Positions 1 through 7,740 of a stretch of 64,000 bases of DNA are shown in pieces. Origin of the DNA: a virus; IMG/VR virus record IMGVR_UViG_3300042691_026427, positions 32,001 through 96,000 of that record. The stretch is one strand, 5' to 3'. The position numbers were made by a program, and so were the translations under genes. The notes beneath the pieces were generated by a model that was given only the letters and a program-made list of their open reading frames with translations, searched no databases and was not told where the DNA came from. Each line of letters begins with the position of its first letter. The stretch's first letter is position 1.

Positions 1-148
1 ACCATTCGAAGTCAAGGCCCATAATTAGTCCTTGATCCTTGCACCATTCTGCTAGTTCAATAGCATGATTGCTGGCATGATGCAGTTTCATAAAGTCCAG
101 GTGCTTGTATTGAACTATCGTATCGAACGGTATATGCAGTTCAATCAT
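1..148 (-). CDS. Hypothetical phage protein, 3' end truncated by the window edge (MIELHIPFDT...ELAEWCKDQGLIMGLDFEW)
   Basis: ATG at 148 overlaps the stop of 145..495 and the frame stays open to position 1. The W-C...G...F pattern resembles ORF 492..740. Confidence 0.6.
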   Translation of the reverse strand, partial: MIELHIPFDTIVQYKHLDFMKLHHASNHAIELAEWCKDQGLIMGLDFEW

Positions 149-495
149 CTAATGACTACTAGATCTTCTCGACTGCGATCGCTGTAAATTTTATGGCCGC
201 GCTCTCGAATAAGTTCCGCTGTATATTGCGGATCTTCTTTCCATTGTTGTTTCCAGAATGCTTCATCTAAACTAACATCGCAGTCTACTGCATATATTTC
301 ATAGTGGCGATGTGTATTAAATCTGGCTCTCATGATCAGCTGCTGAACAATACTGTCTAGTGGATTTCGAATCCGTGATTGATCCTTCAACATTCGCATG
401 AGATTTTCTTTGTCGTGATGCTCATACTGACTAATTGGAATAATACTTTCAATACCAAGTTGATCCCACGAAAATATAAATGCGTTAGTAGTCAT
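145..495 (-). CDS. Hypothetical phage protein
   Basis: 116-aa ORF with overlapping start/stop junctions on both sides. Confidence 0.75.
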   Translation of the reverse strand: MTTNAFIFSWDQLGIESIIPISQYEHHDKENLMRMLKDQSRIRNPLDSIVQQLIMRARFNTHRHYEIYAVDCDVSLDEAFWKQQWKEDPQYTAELIRERGHKIYSDRSREDLVVIR

Positions 496-740
496 AAGAA
501 TTTCCCAATGTATTCAACAGCCAACTGCTCTTCAGCAATAATTTCTGCATTCCACCGCAGTGCCATTACCAGTGCATCTTTATTACTTTTAAAAACAAAG
601 TCCATATAGTTGACATTGGCGTGGGTTTGAAATCTGTCCCCAGGCAACCCAAAATATTCGATTGCCCAGGCACAGACTTCATTCCAGTAGGTGTCGTTAT
701 CGTACTCTCTTGTCCAGGATATGCGAACTGTTGATCTCAT
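492..740 (-). CDS. Small hypothetical phage protein
   Basis: 82-aa ORF with ATGA-type overlaps on both sides. Confidence 0.75.
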   Translation of the reverse strand: MRSTVRISWTREYDNDTYWNEVCAWAIEYFGLPGDRFQTHANVNYMDFVFKSNKDALVMALRWNAEIIAEEQLAVEYIGKFL

Positions 741-1549
741 ACTTCAAAATACTGTCCAGCTAGAAATCCGTTGTCTTCTTCCCAGGGAATATATCCACGT
801 GGGTTGCAAACAACACGAGTATCACCGACCATATAGTCTACAGGATCATGAACATGCCCATGCACCCATACTTTAATGTTGGGATTGTCCAAAATCAAGT
901 TAGACAGATCCGAAACATAAGCACCATTGCTCAACTCGCCTTTATATTTGTCATTGATACTCATATAAGTTGGACCCATGTGAGTGATCACTACTACTGG
1001 CATGTCAGCATACTGTTTGGCCTTTTCTTCAATGTAACGCTTGCTCTCGATGTGCATGTTGACAGTATCCATAGGACGCATCTTGTGGTATGCGTTGTAC
1101 TGGGGATAATGAAAAGTGATAGCCTTGTAGTCGTTCATATAGTTCTGCATAGAGTGCAAGGTTATAGGGTCACCTTTGTTCATATCAGTCCACAAAGTGG
1201 CACCAATAAAAACTACACCTTCGTAGACTTCGCACTGATTTTCCAGCACGGTTATATTCTTTGGCAACACACGTTCTAGTTCAGCTTTGGTTTTCCAAAA
1301 CTTTCCACGATAATGTTCGTGGTTTCCCATAACGTAAAACACTTTTTTATATTTTGCACACTCGAATTCAAAGAAGTCATAGCAGGGAAACTTGCCGCCA
1401 GTGTACGGCAACTCTTTGGTGCTGTGATGTTCGTGAACTAACTCGCGAGCTTCGCAAGCATCGCCCGCAACAATAAGAACATCTCCGCCAGGTAGCTCGA
1501 GATGTTTACTGATATCCAAATGCAGGTCTGATAAGAATTGTATGTTCAT
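737..1549 (-). CDS. Calcineurin-like metallophosphoesterase
   Basis: Motifs SDLH, AGD, GNHE, THxxP and HGHVH. The start is placed at ATG 1549 (MNIQFLSDLH) because the track start at 1564 lies inside the promoter. Confidence 0.9.
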   Translation of the reverse strand: MNIQFLSDLHLDISKHLELPGGDVLIVAGDACEARELVHEHHSTKELPYTGGKFPCYDFFEFECAKYKKVFYVMGNHEHYRGKFWKTKAELERVLPKNITVLENQCEVYEGVVFIGATLWTDMNKGDPITLHSMQNYMNDYKAITFHYPQYNAYHKMRPMDTVNMHIESKRYIEEKAKQYADMPVVVITHMGPTYMSINDKYKGELSNGAYVSDLSNLILDNPNIKVWVHGHVHDPVDYMVGDTRVVCNPRGYIPWEEDNGFLAGQYFEV

Positions 1550-1555
1550 AGAGTT

Positions 1556-1584
1556 ATTATACATGATTTTTATTTAAAAGTCAA
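1556..1584 (-). promoter_or_regulatory. Sigma70-type promoter giving a leaderless transcript
   Basis: TTGACT-17 nt-TATAAT, with the ATG 6 nt downstream. Confidence 0.8.
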
Positions 1585-1589
1585 GCCAC

Positions 1590-1610
1590 AAAAAAAGAGC
1601 CAATGGGCTC
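1590..1610 (-). terminator. Rho-independent terminator
   Basis: GAGCC-CATT-GGCTC followed by a T run, right after the stop of 1613..1825. Confidence 0.55.
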
Positions 1611-1612
1611 AT

Positions 1613-1825
1613 TTATTGTCTGCGCTTCTTCCAATTGTATTCAACACCATCTGGACAAAGTCCATCTTCTATACTGTCTACTCCGAACTTGCCGACTATT
1701 TCCATTCCATTACCTATTATGGTAACAAATACTGCTACAGTCTTTGCCCAATCCATCGCTGGACCTAAGTTATCAAATTCTCTATCAAATTGGTCATCGC
1801 CTATCTTCCATAGGACTTTATACAT
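1613..1825 (-). CDS. Hypothetical phage protein
   Basis: 70-aa ORF with an AAGGAG Shine-Dalgarno upstream. Confidence 0.8.
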   Translation of the reverse strand: MYKVLWKIGDDQFDREFDNLGPAMDWAKTVAVFVTIIGNGMEIVGKFGVDSIEDGLCPDGVEYNWKKRRQ

Positions 1826-1837
1826 TTCTCTCCTTTA

Positions 1838-1863
1838 TAAAAAATGGGGCACTAAGGCCCCAT
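1838..1863 (-). terminator. Rho-independent terminator after the DUF2828 gene
   Basis: ATGGGGC-CTTAGT-GCCCCAT followed by a T run. Confidence 0.75.
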
Positions 1864-1870
1864 AAACACA

Positions 1871-3268
1871 TTAAGCAATTACGCTGTAACGTGGACTGTT
1901 TAGTGTCGCCAACATTACGTTGGTTGGATCTAAATCTTCTGCCTTCAAGATTGAAGTCATGATGCTTGGGCTGAACCCAGACACCAATGCAACTCCCTTC
2001 TTGTCGAACTTGACTGGACTTTGTCCCGCCTTAGCGTTCAAGTTCCAGAATACAATGTTTGGCACAGTGTATCCTGCTTCGGCAAACTTACGTTCGATCA
2101 TTTGCATAGCAGAGTCATCGTGACGAGCACATTGATCAAACTGCATATCACTCATGATCAGAACATACTTTGGCATGTCGTTGGCACTAACACCACCTGC
2201 CTTGGCAACACGCAACACTTCTTCAAATGCGGCGTTTAGGTTAGTGTTCATGTCCCAATCTGCTCGTTGCAACTGTGCCAACTTGCTGGTCAAGTTACCC
2301 TTCAAGATTTCGATCTTGCTCTTTGCAGAGAAAGTCAAAAACATGTCCTTGAATGGACCAGTGTTCTTGTCAGCGAGGTACAGGCCCAAGCTAACGCAAA
2401 CGTCCATACAAGTCAAGTTGGCGTTTCCACCAACTGGGCAGCTCATAGAGCCCGATACGTCACACATTGGTAACACCAGTTCATCACCGATGTAGTTTGG
2501 CAATGCATCCCATTGGGCTTGCATTACAGTGGCATCGCCGCCAAACTTGTTGCTCTTGATGACATCGTAAGGGTAAACAGCCGAAGCGTTTACCTTTGCT
2601 TCACCAGTAACCAACTTGCCCTTGTAAGCTTCATACCCTGCGGCATCGTGCTTCTTAAAGGCCTTTTGGTAACGTGCAGCCGCAAGCGACGGCACATGGC
2701 TATAGTTGATGTTGGTCCAGTCGTTGGCACACATGTTCTGTTCCACAGTCTTGCTCAAAGAGACAAGGCTCTTACGGTAAAACTTTGGGCTCATTCCGAA
2801 GAATGTGCGGATTTCTGCGGCCAATGCACCCTGACGTGGCATCCACTTTGCAGCCAGGCCGTTACGTTCACGAAGAGCGTCACCGATTAGGGTAAATGCC
2901 TGTGCCTTTGCTTCCTTAGAAGTAAAGATCAACAGGTCATCCCAACGACCAAATTCTGCAAGGTGAGGGATCAAACGAGCCAACGCCTTAGGGTTAGTCT
3001 TTTCAAGATTCAAAAGAATCTTACGCACGACTTCACGTTCGCCTGCGCCACCACGGACGTCACGTGCCCACATCAAAAGACGTAGGGCCAGTGTTTCGTC
3101 CTGTGCAAGGGCACGGGCAAATTGGGTGCTCAAGTCCTTACCACGGCTTGCGCCAATAGTGAAGAACAGATCAACAAGATCGCTCTTGCTGGAATCGAAA
3201 GTCTTCATACCGTTATCGGTACGGACAGTCTTAGGTACGGTCTTAACCGCTTGAACAAATGCGTTCAT
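1871..3268 (-). CDS. DUF2828-family (TROVE/Ro60-related) protein with C-terminal vWA domain
   Basis: N-terminal RTxNG..DLFF..WARDVRGGAGER..GRWDD..AAKW helical region, then MIDAS DVSGSM, SDMQFD and FWN motifs. AAGGA RBS. Confidence 0.85.
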   Translation of the reverse strand: MNAFVQAVKTVPKTVRTDNGMKTFDSSKSDLVDLFFTIGASRGKDLSTQFARALAQDETLALRLLMWARDVRGGAGEREVVRKILLNLEKTNPKALARLIPHLAEFGRWDDLLIFTSKEAKAQAFTLIGDALRERNGLAAKWMPRQGALAAEIRTFFGMSPKFYRKSLVSLSKTVEQNMCANDWTNINYSHVPSLAAARYQKAFKKHDAAGYEAYKGKLVTGEAKVNASAVYPYDVIKSNKFGGDATVMQAQWDALPNYIGDELVLPMCDVSGSMSCPVGGNANLTCMDVCVSLGLYLADKNTGPFKDMFLTFSAKSKIEILKGNLTSKLAQLQRADWDMNTNLNAAFEEVLRVAKAGGVSANDMPKYVLIMSDMQFDQCARHDDSAMQMIERKFAEAGYTVPNIVFWNLNAKAGQSPVKFDKKGVALVSGFSPSIMTSILKAEDLDPTNVMLATLNSPRYSVIA

Positions 3269-3280
3269 TTTATTTTCCTT

Positions 3281-3321
3281 CAGGTTACTTTTAAATTAAA
3301 AAATTATGCTGTATATAACCT
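3281..3321 (-). ncRNA. Y-RNA-like unit 3 (minimal unit, abuts the RBS of the DUF2828 gene)
   Basis: AGGTTAT-ATACAGCA...GTAACCT-G. The ends pair (6 bp plus a G-U) around a short AU-rich loop. Confidence 0.55.
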
Positions 3322-3326
3322 ATACA

Positions 3327-3564
3327 ACAGGATGGGTGGAACCGTAATATTTTTTCTGGCCAACTTTCCCCAGTATATCGGTTCAGTTCCTTGGCCCTAT
3401 CCTAACTTGTGTCTGCGTTAGAAAACATATATGTCTTTCCATAAGTCGTCAGTTCCATTAGTGTTATAGTTTATACATTTCTGTATTCCTACTACAGCCT
3501 TTCCACGGGCCACTGTCTACTGCATTTACGGCTTTAGTATTGTTTAAATTGCTGAATCCATCCT
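3327..3564 (-). ncRNA. Y-RNA-like unit 2 (about 238 nt, multi-hairpin, GGA-rich)
   Basis: AGGATGG-ATTCAGCAA...CCATCCT-GT terminal 7-bp stem, an inner CCGTAA/TTACGG stem and several internal hairpins. Confidence 0.6.
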
Positions 3565-3572
3565 AGGATTTA

Positions 3573-3737
3573 ACAGGTTAGTTGTTGACTGCTTTTATTT
3601 TACTCAGGCCATCACTCTGAGCTTGTTGGTCTATTTCAATAGCTACCTTCACAGCACTTGGGCGAACCTTTGTGCTCCAGCGGACTACCATAGGGTCCAA
3701 CGATCCATAGTAATATGAATGTTGCTGTACCTAACCT
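3573..3737 (-). ncRNA. Y-RNA-like unit 1 (about 165 nt)
   Basis: AGGTTAG-GTACAGCAA...CTAACCT-GT terminal 7-bp stem. Internal hairpins GGAC/GTCC, AGCAC/GTGCT with a UUCG-capped tip, CTATT/AATAG and CTCAG/CTGAG. Confidence 0.6.
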
Positions 3738-3761
3738 TAAAAACTTACTGTCTAAGCATTT

Positions 3762-3790
3762 ATTATATAGTAACTTAATTATCTTGTCAA
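3762..3790 (-). promoter_or_regulatory. Consensus sigma70 promoter driving the RNA array and the DUF2828 gene
   Basis: Perfect TTGACA-17 nt-TATAAT. Confidence 0.9.
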
Positions 3791-3817
3791 TACTTTTTTG
3801 GCACTAAAATAGCCAAA

Positions 3818-4588
3818 TTATACACGAATTCCATAAGTTACTACTTGCCACTTATATCCATTCCAGCGACTGTTAACTTTCATTAACGAATTACGTCGAA
3901 TGTCATGAAAAATTGGCACACCTTTTACATCAAAAATCATGCTGTCAACTAGATTAAAAAAGCTACTGGCAACACAATGAATTTCAGATGCATTTTCAAT
4001 GAGCTTTTTATATTGCAACATGTTCTCCGCTTGCCCTGGGCGTACTTCGATAATTTTTTTTGGCTCGAGTCCCCTAGCAGCTCTGTATGTAGGAACATCG
4101 ATAGCAATACCTTCTGGATGATCACTGGCATATCGATGTACCAAAATGTAATCATCAACACCTTCAGTTAACCAAGTGTATAGTTCGTCTGAACCTGTGA
4201 TAGTTTTGGGCATGTGAAAATCTAGATATCTCATTTTGTATGGAATATCCCAATTTTCATATAATTGCTGTTGCCAATGTATTTGTATCTGTTCTAATTC
4301 GCAACCTTTTCTATCAATTTCTTGAGTAATTAAAGGCAAACTTTTTAGATGAATAATATCTGGATTGGCCGTTAAAAAAACATCTTCTTGATCATTGCTG
4401 TAGAATCTCCAAACTTCAATATTTGGATAATCTTGATATAAACATTTGAGTGTTTCAAAATATTCACCTCTAGCCGGATAGTACAATTTTTTGCACATCC
4501 TTGCATAGTGATGCACAATAGGACTCATTACAAATGCATCACCTAATCCTACGCATCTATCAAAAAATAATTTATTAAATTTTGTCAT
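3818..4588 (-). CDS. Putative glycosyltransferase-like protein (GT-B/GT9-like)
   Basis: N-terminal GLGD motif and C-terminal I..A.EIHCVASSF region. Distant paralogue of 5147..5902. Confidence 0.5.
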   Translation of the reverse strand: MTKFNKLFFDRCVGLGDAFVMSPIVHHYARMCKKLYYPARGEYFETLKCLYQDYPNIEVWRFYSNDQEDVFLTANPDIIHLKSLPLITQEIDRKGCELEQIQIHWQQQLYENWDIPYKMRYLDFHMPKTITGSDELYTWLTEGVDDYILVHRYASDHPEGIAIDVPTYRAARGLEPKKIIEVRPGQAENMLQYKKLIENASEIHCVASSFFNLVDSMIFDVKGVPIFHDIRRNSLMKVNSRWNGYKWQVVTYGIRV

Positions 4589-5115
4589 TTTTGCCGAATT
4601 TTTAATTTAGTATAAATGTTTTGCACTCCGACGGCCTGGCGAATAGCATCTTGCAAGGCATCGTGTTTACTGCCTTTTGGCATATCAGGATCATATCCTA
4701 GATCAAACAATGTGCGAGTATCACGCAGTTGCCAAAAATTCCAAGGCAAAGGCTTGTTTAATTGTCGATAGATATTTTCAATAATGACCAAGTCGAAGGT
4801 AGCACCGTGACTCCAAAATGCATCACAGCCCCAGGCGAACTTATGGAACTGATCCATAGCATCCACTAACGAAATACGATTGTCCGGACTAAATGCTTCT
4901 TCCATAACTACTGGATCTTGCTTACTCCACCAATCAATTGTGTTGGGATCTATTTCTCTGCCCAACTTGTCTTGATCATCGAGGTCAATACGGAAGTACA
5001 GTTTATCTCCGTATCCGTTGCCCCAGGGATTGAAATGTACAGCACCTAGGCTAAGAACTACTGCGTTTGGGGAAACTGCCATAGTCTCCATATCGATCAT
5101 AAGATGTTTTGTCAT
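4585..5115 (-). CDS. DEDDh 3'-5' exonuclease (Rv2179c/DexA-like)
   Basis: Motifs IDMET, WSHGATFD, RDTRT and HDALQDA. Confidence 0.88.
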   Translation of the reverse strand: MTKHLMIDMETMAVSPNAVVLSLGAVHFNPWGNGYGDKLYFRIDLDDQDKLGREIDPNTIDWWSKQDPVVMEEAFSPDNRISLVDAMDQFHKFAWGCDAFWSHGATFDLVIIENIYRQLNKPLPWNFWQLRDTRTLFDLGYDPDMPKGSKHDALQDAIRQAVGVQNIYTKLKIRQK

Positions 5116-5121
5116 CTTATC

Positions 5122-5150
5122 ATTATACTATAAACAGGAACAAAAGTCAA
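5122..5150 (-). promoter_or_regulatory. Sigma70-type promoter giving a leaderless transcript
   Basis: TTGACT-17 nt-TATAAT, with ATG 5115 six nt downstream. Confidence 0.8.
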
Positions 5151-5902
5151 ATTTTAACTTCGTCGGGATAGAGGCAGTATTGCCAATCCAATCTAAATAT
5201 TCTTGGCAAATCGACAAAACTAGGGGGCATATACCTACTGATCAAATGACAAGGTACTGTTTTTGGAAGATACACTTCGGCTAAAATAGGAACAGACGTA
5301 TCTACCGTAATTAATCTACTGCATTTTTCAATGACTTTGATCCAATCAAATACTGAGTATCCTTCTAGTTCTGTCATGTAAATTGCTTTTCCCGGAGGTG
5401 GGCTAATATTGATAACGTGAGAACTGCAATTTTGATTGATTAAGGTATATTCTGTATCGTCTTTAAGATCTAATACGTTATAGAACAAATTGTTTTCTTT
5501 GTCCATATTTCTGTTTATTTTTACATATTGTTGCCAGTCTTGATAATCAACGTCTGCGGCCGAATACTTTCCGGCCATCATATCATTTCTTTCTATAGTA
5601 GAAGGACCACAACTTAGATAAATGAATTCATCTGCTATCACTGGTTTTCGAAACAGTGCATTAGTAGAACCCATTAGATAATAGAATTGCTCAGAAAATT
5701 CAAAAGAATCTTTCAAAGTTCTATTGTTGTTCATTAAAGGAAACGATATCCTTGGTCCTTGGAGGTATGGGACTATCCAGCTGTAAAATTCAAATAACGG
5801 AAATACAATTTTGTATCCTAACTTTCGATAGTGATGCACTACCTTTTGAATGAATATAATATCTCCAACGCCTTGTGGTTGGTAAATGAAACAGGTTTTC
5901 AT
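5147..5902 (-). CDS. Putative glycosyltransferase-like protein (GT-B/GT9-like)
   Basis: QPQGVGDIIF N-terminus and a W..VIE.C..LITVDTS C-terminal motif. Confidence 0.55.
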   Translation of the reverse strand: MKTCFIYQPQGVGDIIFIQKVVHHYRKLGYKIVFPLFEFYSWIVPYLQGPRISFPLMNNNRTLKDSFEFSEQFYYLMGSTNALFRKPVIADEFIYLSCGPSTIERNDMMAGKYSAADVDYQDWQQYVKINRNMDKENNLFYNVLDLKDDTEYTLINQNCSSHVINISPPPGKAIYMTELEGYSVFDWIKVIEKCSRLITVDTSVPILAEVYLPKTVPCHLISRYMPPSFVDLPRIFRLDWQYCLYPDEVKI

Positions 5903-5905
5903 CTA

Positions 5906-6139
5906 TTAAAATAGTTTCTTTGGTAAGCTATCAGCTTCTAATTTTTTAAGCCAGCGAGCTCTTGCAGCTCCCTTTTTACGTTTTTTTTCAGTTGTGGGCT
6001 TTTCGTAGGCAGTTCTTTTAATGATGTCAATCAACTTGTTGCTTTCGTCGACTTTCTTCTTAAATTTACGTAGTGCAGAAACAATATTACCGTCTCGTAC
6101 CTCTACAGTAATGCCCTTTTTATGATAGTTTTTTGTCAT
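5906..6139 (-). CDS. rpsU: Ribosomal protein bS21
   Basis: V.VRDGNI.SALRKFKKKV and R..YEKPT..KKRKK.AAR signatures. Start probably 6139 (MTKN) rather than 6151. Confidence 0.9.
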   Translation of the reverse strand: MTKNYHKKGITVEVRDGNIVSALRKFKKKVDESNKLIDIIKRTAYEKPTTEKKRKKGAARARWLKKLEADSLPKKLF

Positions 6140-7358
6140 TCGTTTTATCAAAAATTAATTTTGCAGCGTTTCCTTCAACTGCTGATTTACTTATAATAAT
6201 TTTGGAAAGACCGCGCTCAACGAGATTAATTGCATCAAATTGATAGGGCAACAATATCTTTTCTAAAATATTTTTTAAACCTCTTGCATTGGTTTTTAAA
6301 CTTTTAGATTTTTCTGCAATGGCACTAAACGCTTCGTCGTCAAAATCTAAATTAATTCCGTCAATGTCGAACATATATTGGTACTGACGAGTTAAACTAT
6401 TTTTAGGTTCTTTTAGAATTTTTACCAGTTGTTCTGTGCTAAGTTCTTCAACACTGGTAATGATTCCAAATCTTCCTACAAATTCCGGAATCATGCCATA
6501 GGTAATTAAGTCTTTTGTTATGACATCGCTGTAATTTAATGCAGAATCGTCTTTAGCATTAACTTTACTATTAAATCCTATACTAGTGCCGGTGTTCTTT
6601 CGTTTTTCAATAATTTTATCAAGACCTACAAATGCGCCGCCGCATATGAATAAAATTCCCCTAGTGTCAATTTCGATAATATCGCCCCTAGGGCTTTTTC
6701 GTTTGTCACTAGCTGGGACTCTGCTAATAGTACCCTCGACCATTTTTAGCAAAGCCTGTTGTACGCCTTCTCCACTAACATCTCTAGTTATACTAGTGCT
6801 TTCGCCTTTTCTAGAAATCTTATCAATTTCATCAATGTAAACGATTCCACGTTGAGCTTTTTCTACATCACCGTCTGCAGATGCCAATAATCTAACCAAT
6901 ACACTTTCTACATCGTCCCCTACGTAACCAGCTTCAGTTAATCCAGTAGCATCGCAGATAGCAAACGGAATTTCTAAATAGTCTGCCAATTTTCTAGCAA
7001 GAAATGTTTTGCCGCAGCCAGTAGGACCCAACATCAACACATTGGTCTTTTCTAGATCAATGTCTTTGTTGGGATGATTGATTCTTTTAAAATGTTGACA
7101 TACTGCAACACTTAGGGCAATCTTTGCCTCATCTTGCCCAATAATGTACTCATCTAAGTAATCTTTTATTTTACTGGGATTATAAACTGACTTAGTTTCG
7201 TCAATTGGAAACTTCTTAACTTTTTCGTCTTTTAGTATATCCACACATAGATCTATGCAGTCATTACATATGGCGCTTTGATCACTAACAATTAGTTTTT
7301 CAACATCCTGTTTGCTTTTTCCACAAAAATCACAGTGGTGTTCATTGTTCTGTTTCAC
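6120..7358 (-). CDS. clpX: ATP-dependent Clp protease ATP-binding subunit ClpX
   Basis: C4 zinc-binding domain, Walker A GPTGCGKT, TEAGYVGDDVE, DEIDK, RDVSGEGVQQALLK and the IGF loop. Confidence 0.95.
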   Translation of the reverse strand: MKQNNEHHCDFCGKSKQDVEKLIVSDQSAICNDCIDLCVDILKDEKVKKFPIDETKSVYNPSKIKDYLDEYIIGQDEAKIALSVAVCQHFKRINHPNKDIDLEKTNVLMLGPTGCGKTFLARKLADYLEIPFAICDATGLTEAGYVGDDVESVLVRLLASADGDVEKAQRGIVYIDEIDKISRKGESTSITRDVSGEGVQQALLKMVEGTISRVPASDKRKSPRGDIIEIDTRGILFICGGAFVGLDKIIEKRKNTGTSIGFNSKVNAKDDSALNYSDVITKDLITYGMIPEFVGRFGIITSVEELSTEQLVKILKEPKNSLTRQYQYMFDIDGINLDFDDEAFSAIAEKSKSLKTNARGLKNILEKILLPYQFDAINLVERGLSKIIISKSAVEGNAAKLIFDKTNDKKLS

Positions 7359-7740
7359 CGATCGCTCTTTCTAAAAATTCCTTGACACTGTTTAATCTAT
7401 TTTGATTAATGTGGCCATACACTGCTTGTTTGTTTTTATCGCTGGTAGAATAAAATGTATTAGTTTTTCCTAAAACATATCCGGCCAGCATGTCAATCAT
7501 AGGTGCCGCGTTATCAAGGTTAATATACTTATGACTAGAGGATGCCATGGCGTGAAAAAACCAAACAACGTTTGGTTCTTTCTGTATAAAATAGATGTTG
7601 AGATCTATATCTCTTTTACAATCTGCCAACCACTTAGTGGCTTCATCTTGTTCGCTATCTGATATGTTGATTAGAAAAATGCTGGGACTGTCATTTTCAA
7701 AAATATCAGGTGGGGTTACTAGGGTTATTGTTAGGCTCAT
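7342..7740 (-). CDS. Hypothetical phage protein
   Basis: 132-aa ORF in an overlapping gene run. Confidence 0.75.
   Translation of the reverse strand: MSLTITLVTPPDIFENDSPSIFLINISDSEQDEATKWLADCKRDIDLNIYFIQKEPNVVWFFHAMASSSHKYINLDNAAPMIDMLAGYVLGKTNTFYSTSDKNKQAVYGHINQNRLNSVKEFLERAIGETEQ

Noticed and set aside
3122-3421. Plus-strand 99-aa ORF across the DUF2828 start and the RNA array
   Set aside because: It is antisense to a well-supported gene, has no RBS and has atypical composition. The region is better explained as non-coding RNA.
3281-3737. Repeat units as a CRISPR mini-array or tRNA genes
   Set aside because: The repeats are short and degenerate, the interiors vary from about 20 to 215 nt, no cas operon is present, and there is no cloverleaf with T-loop and anticodon arm.
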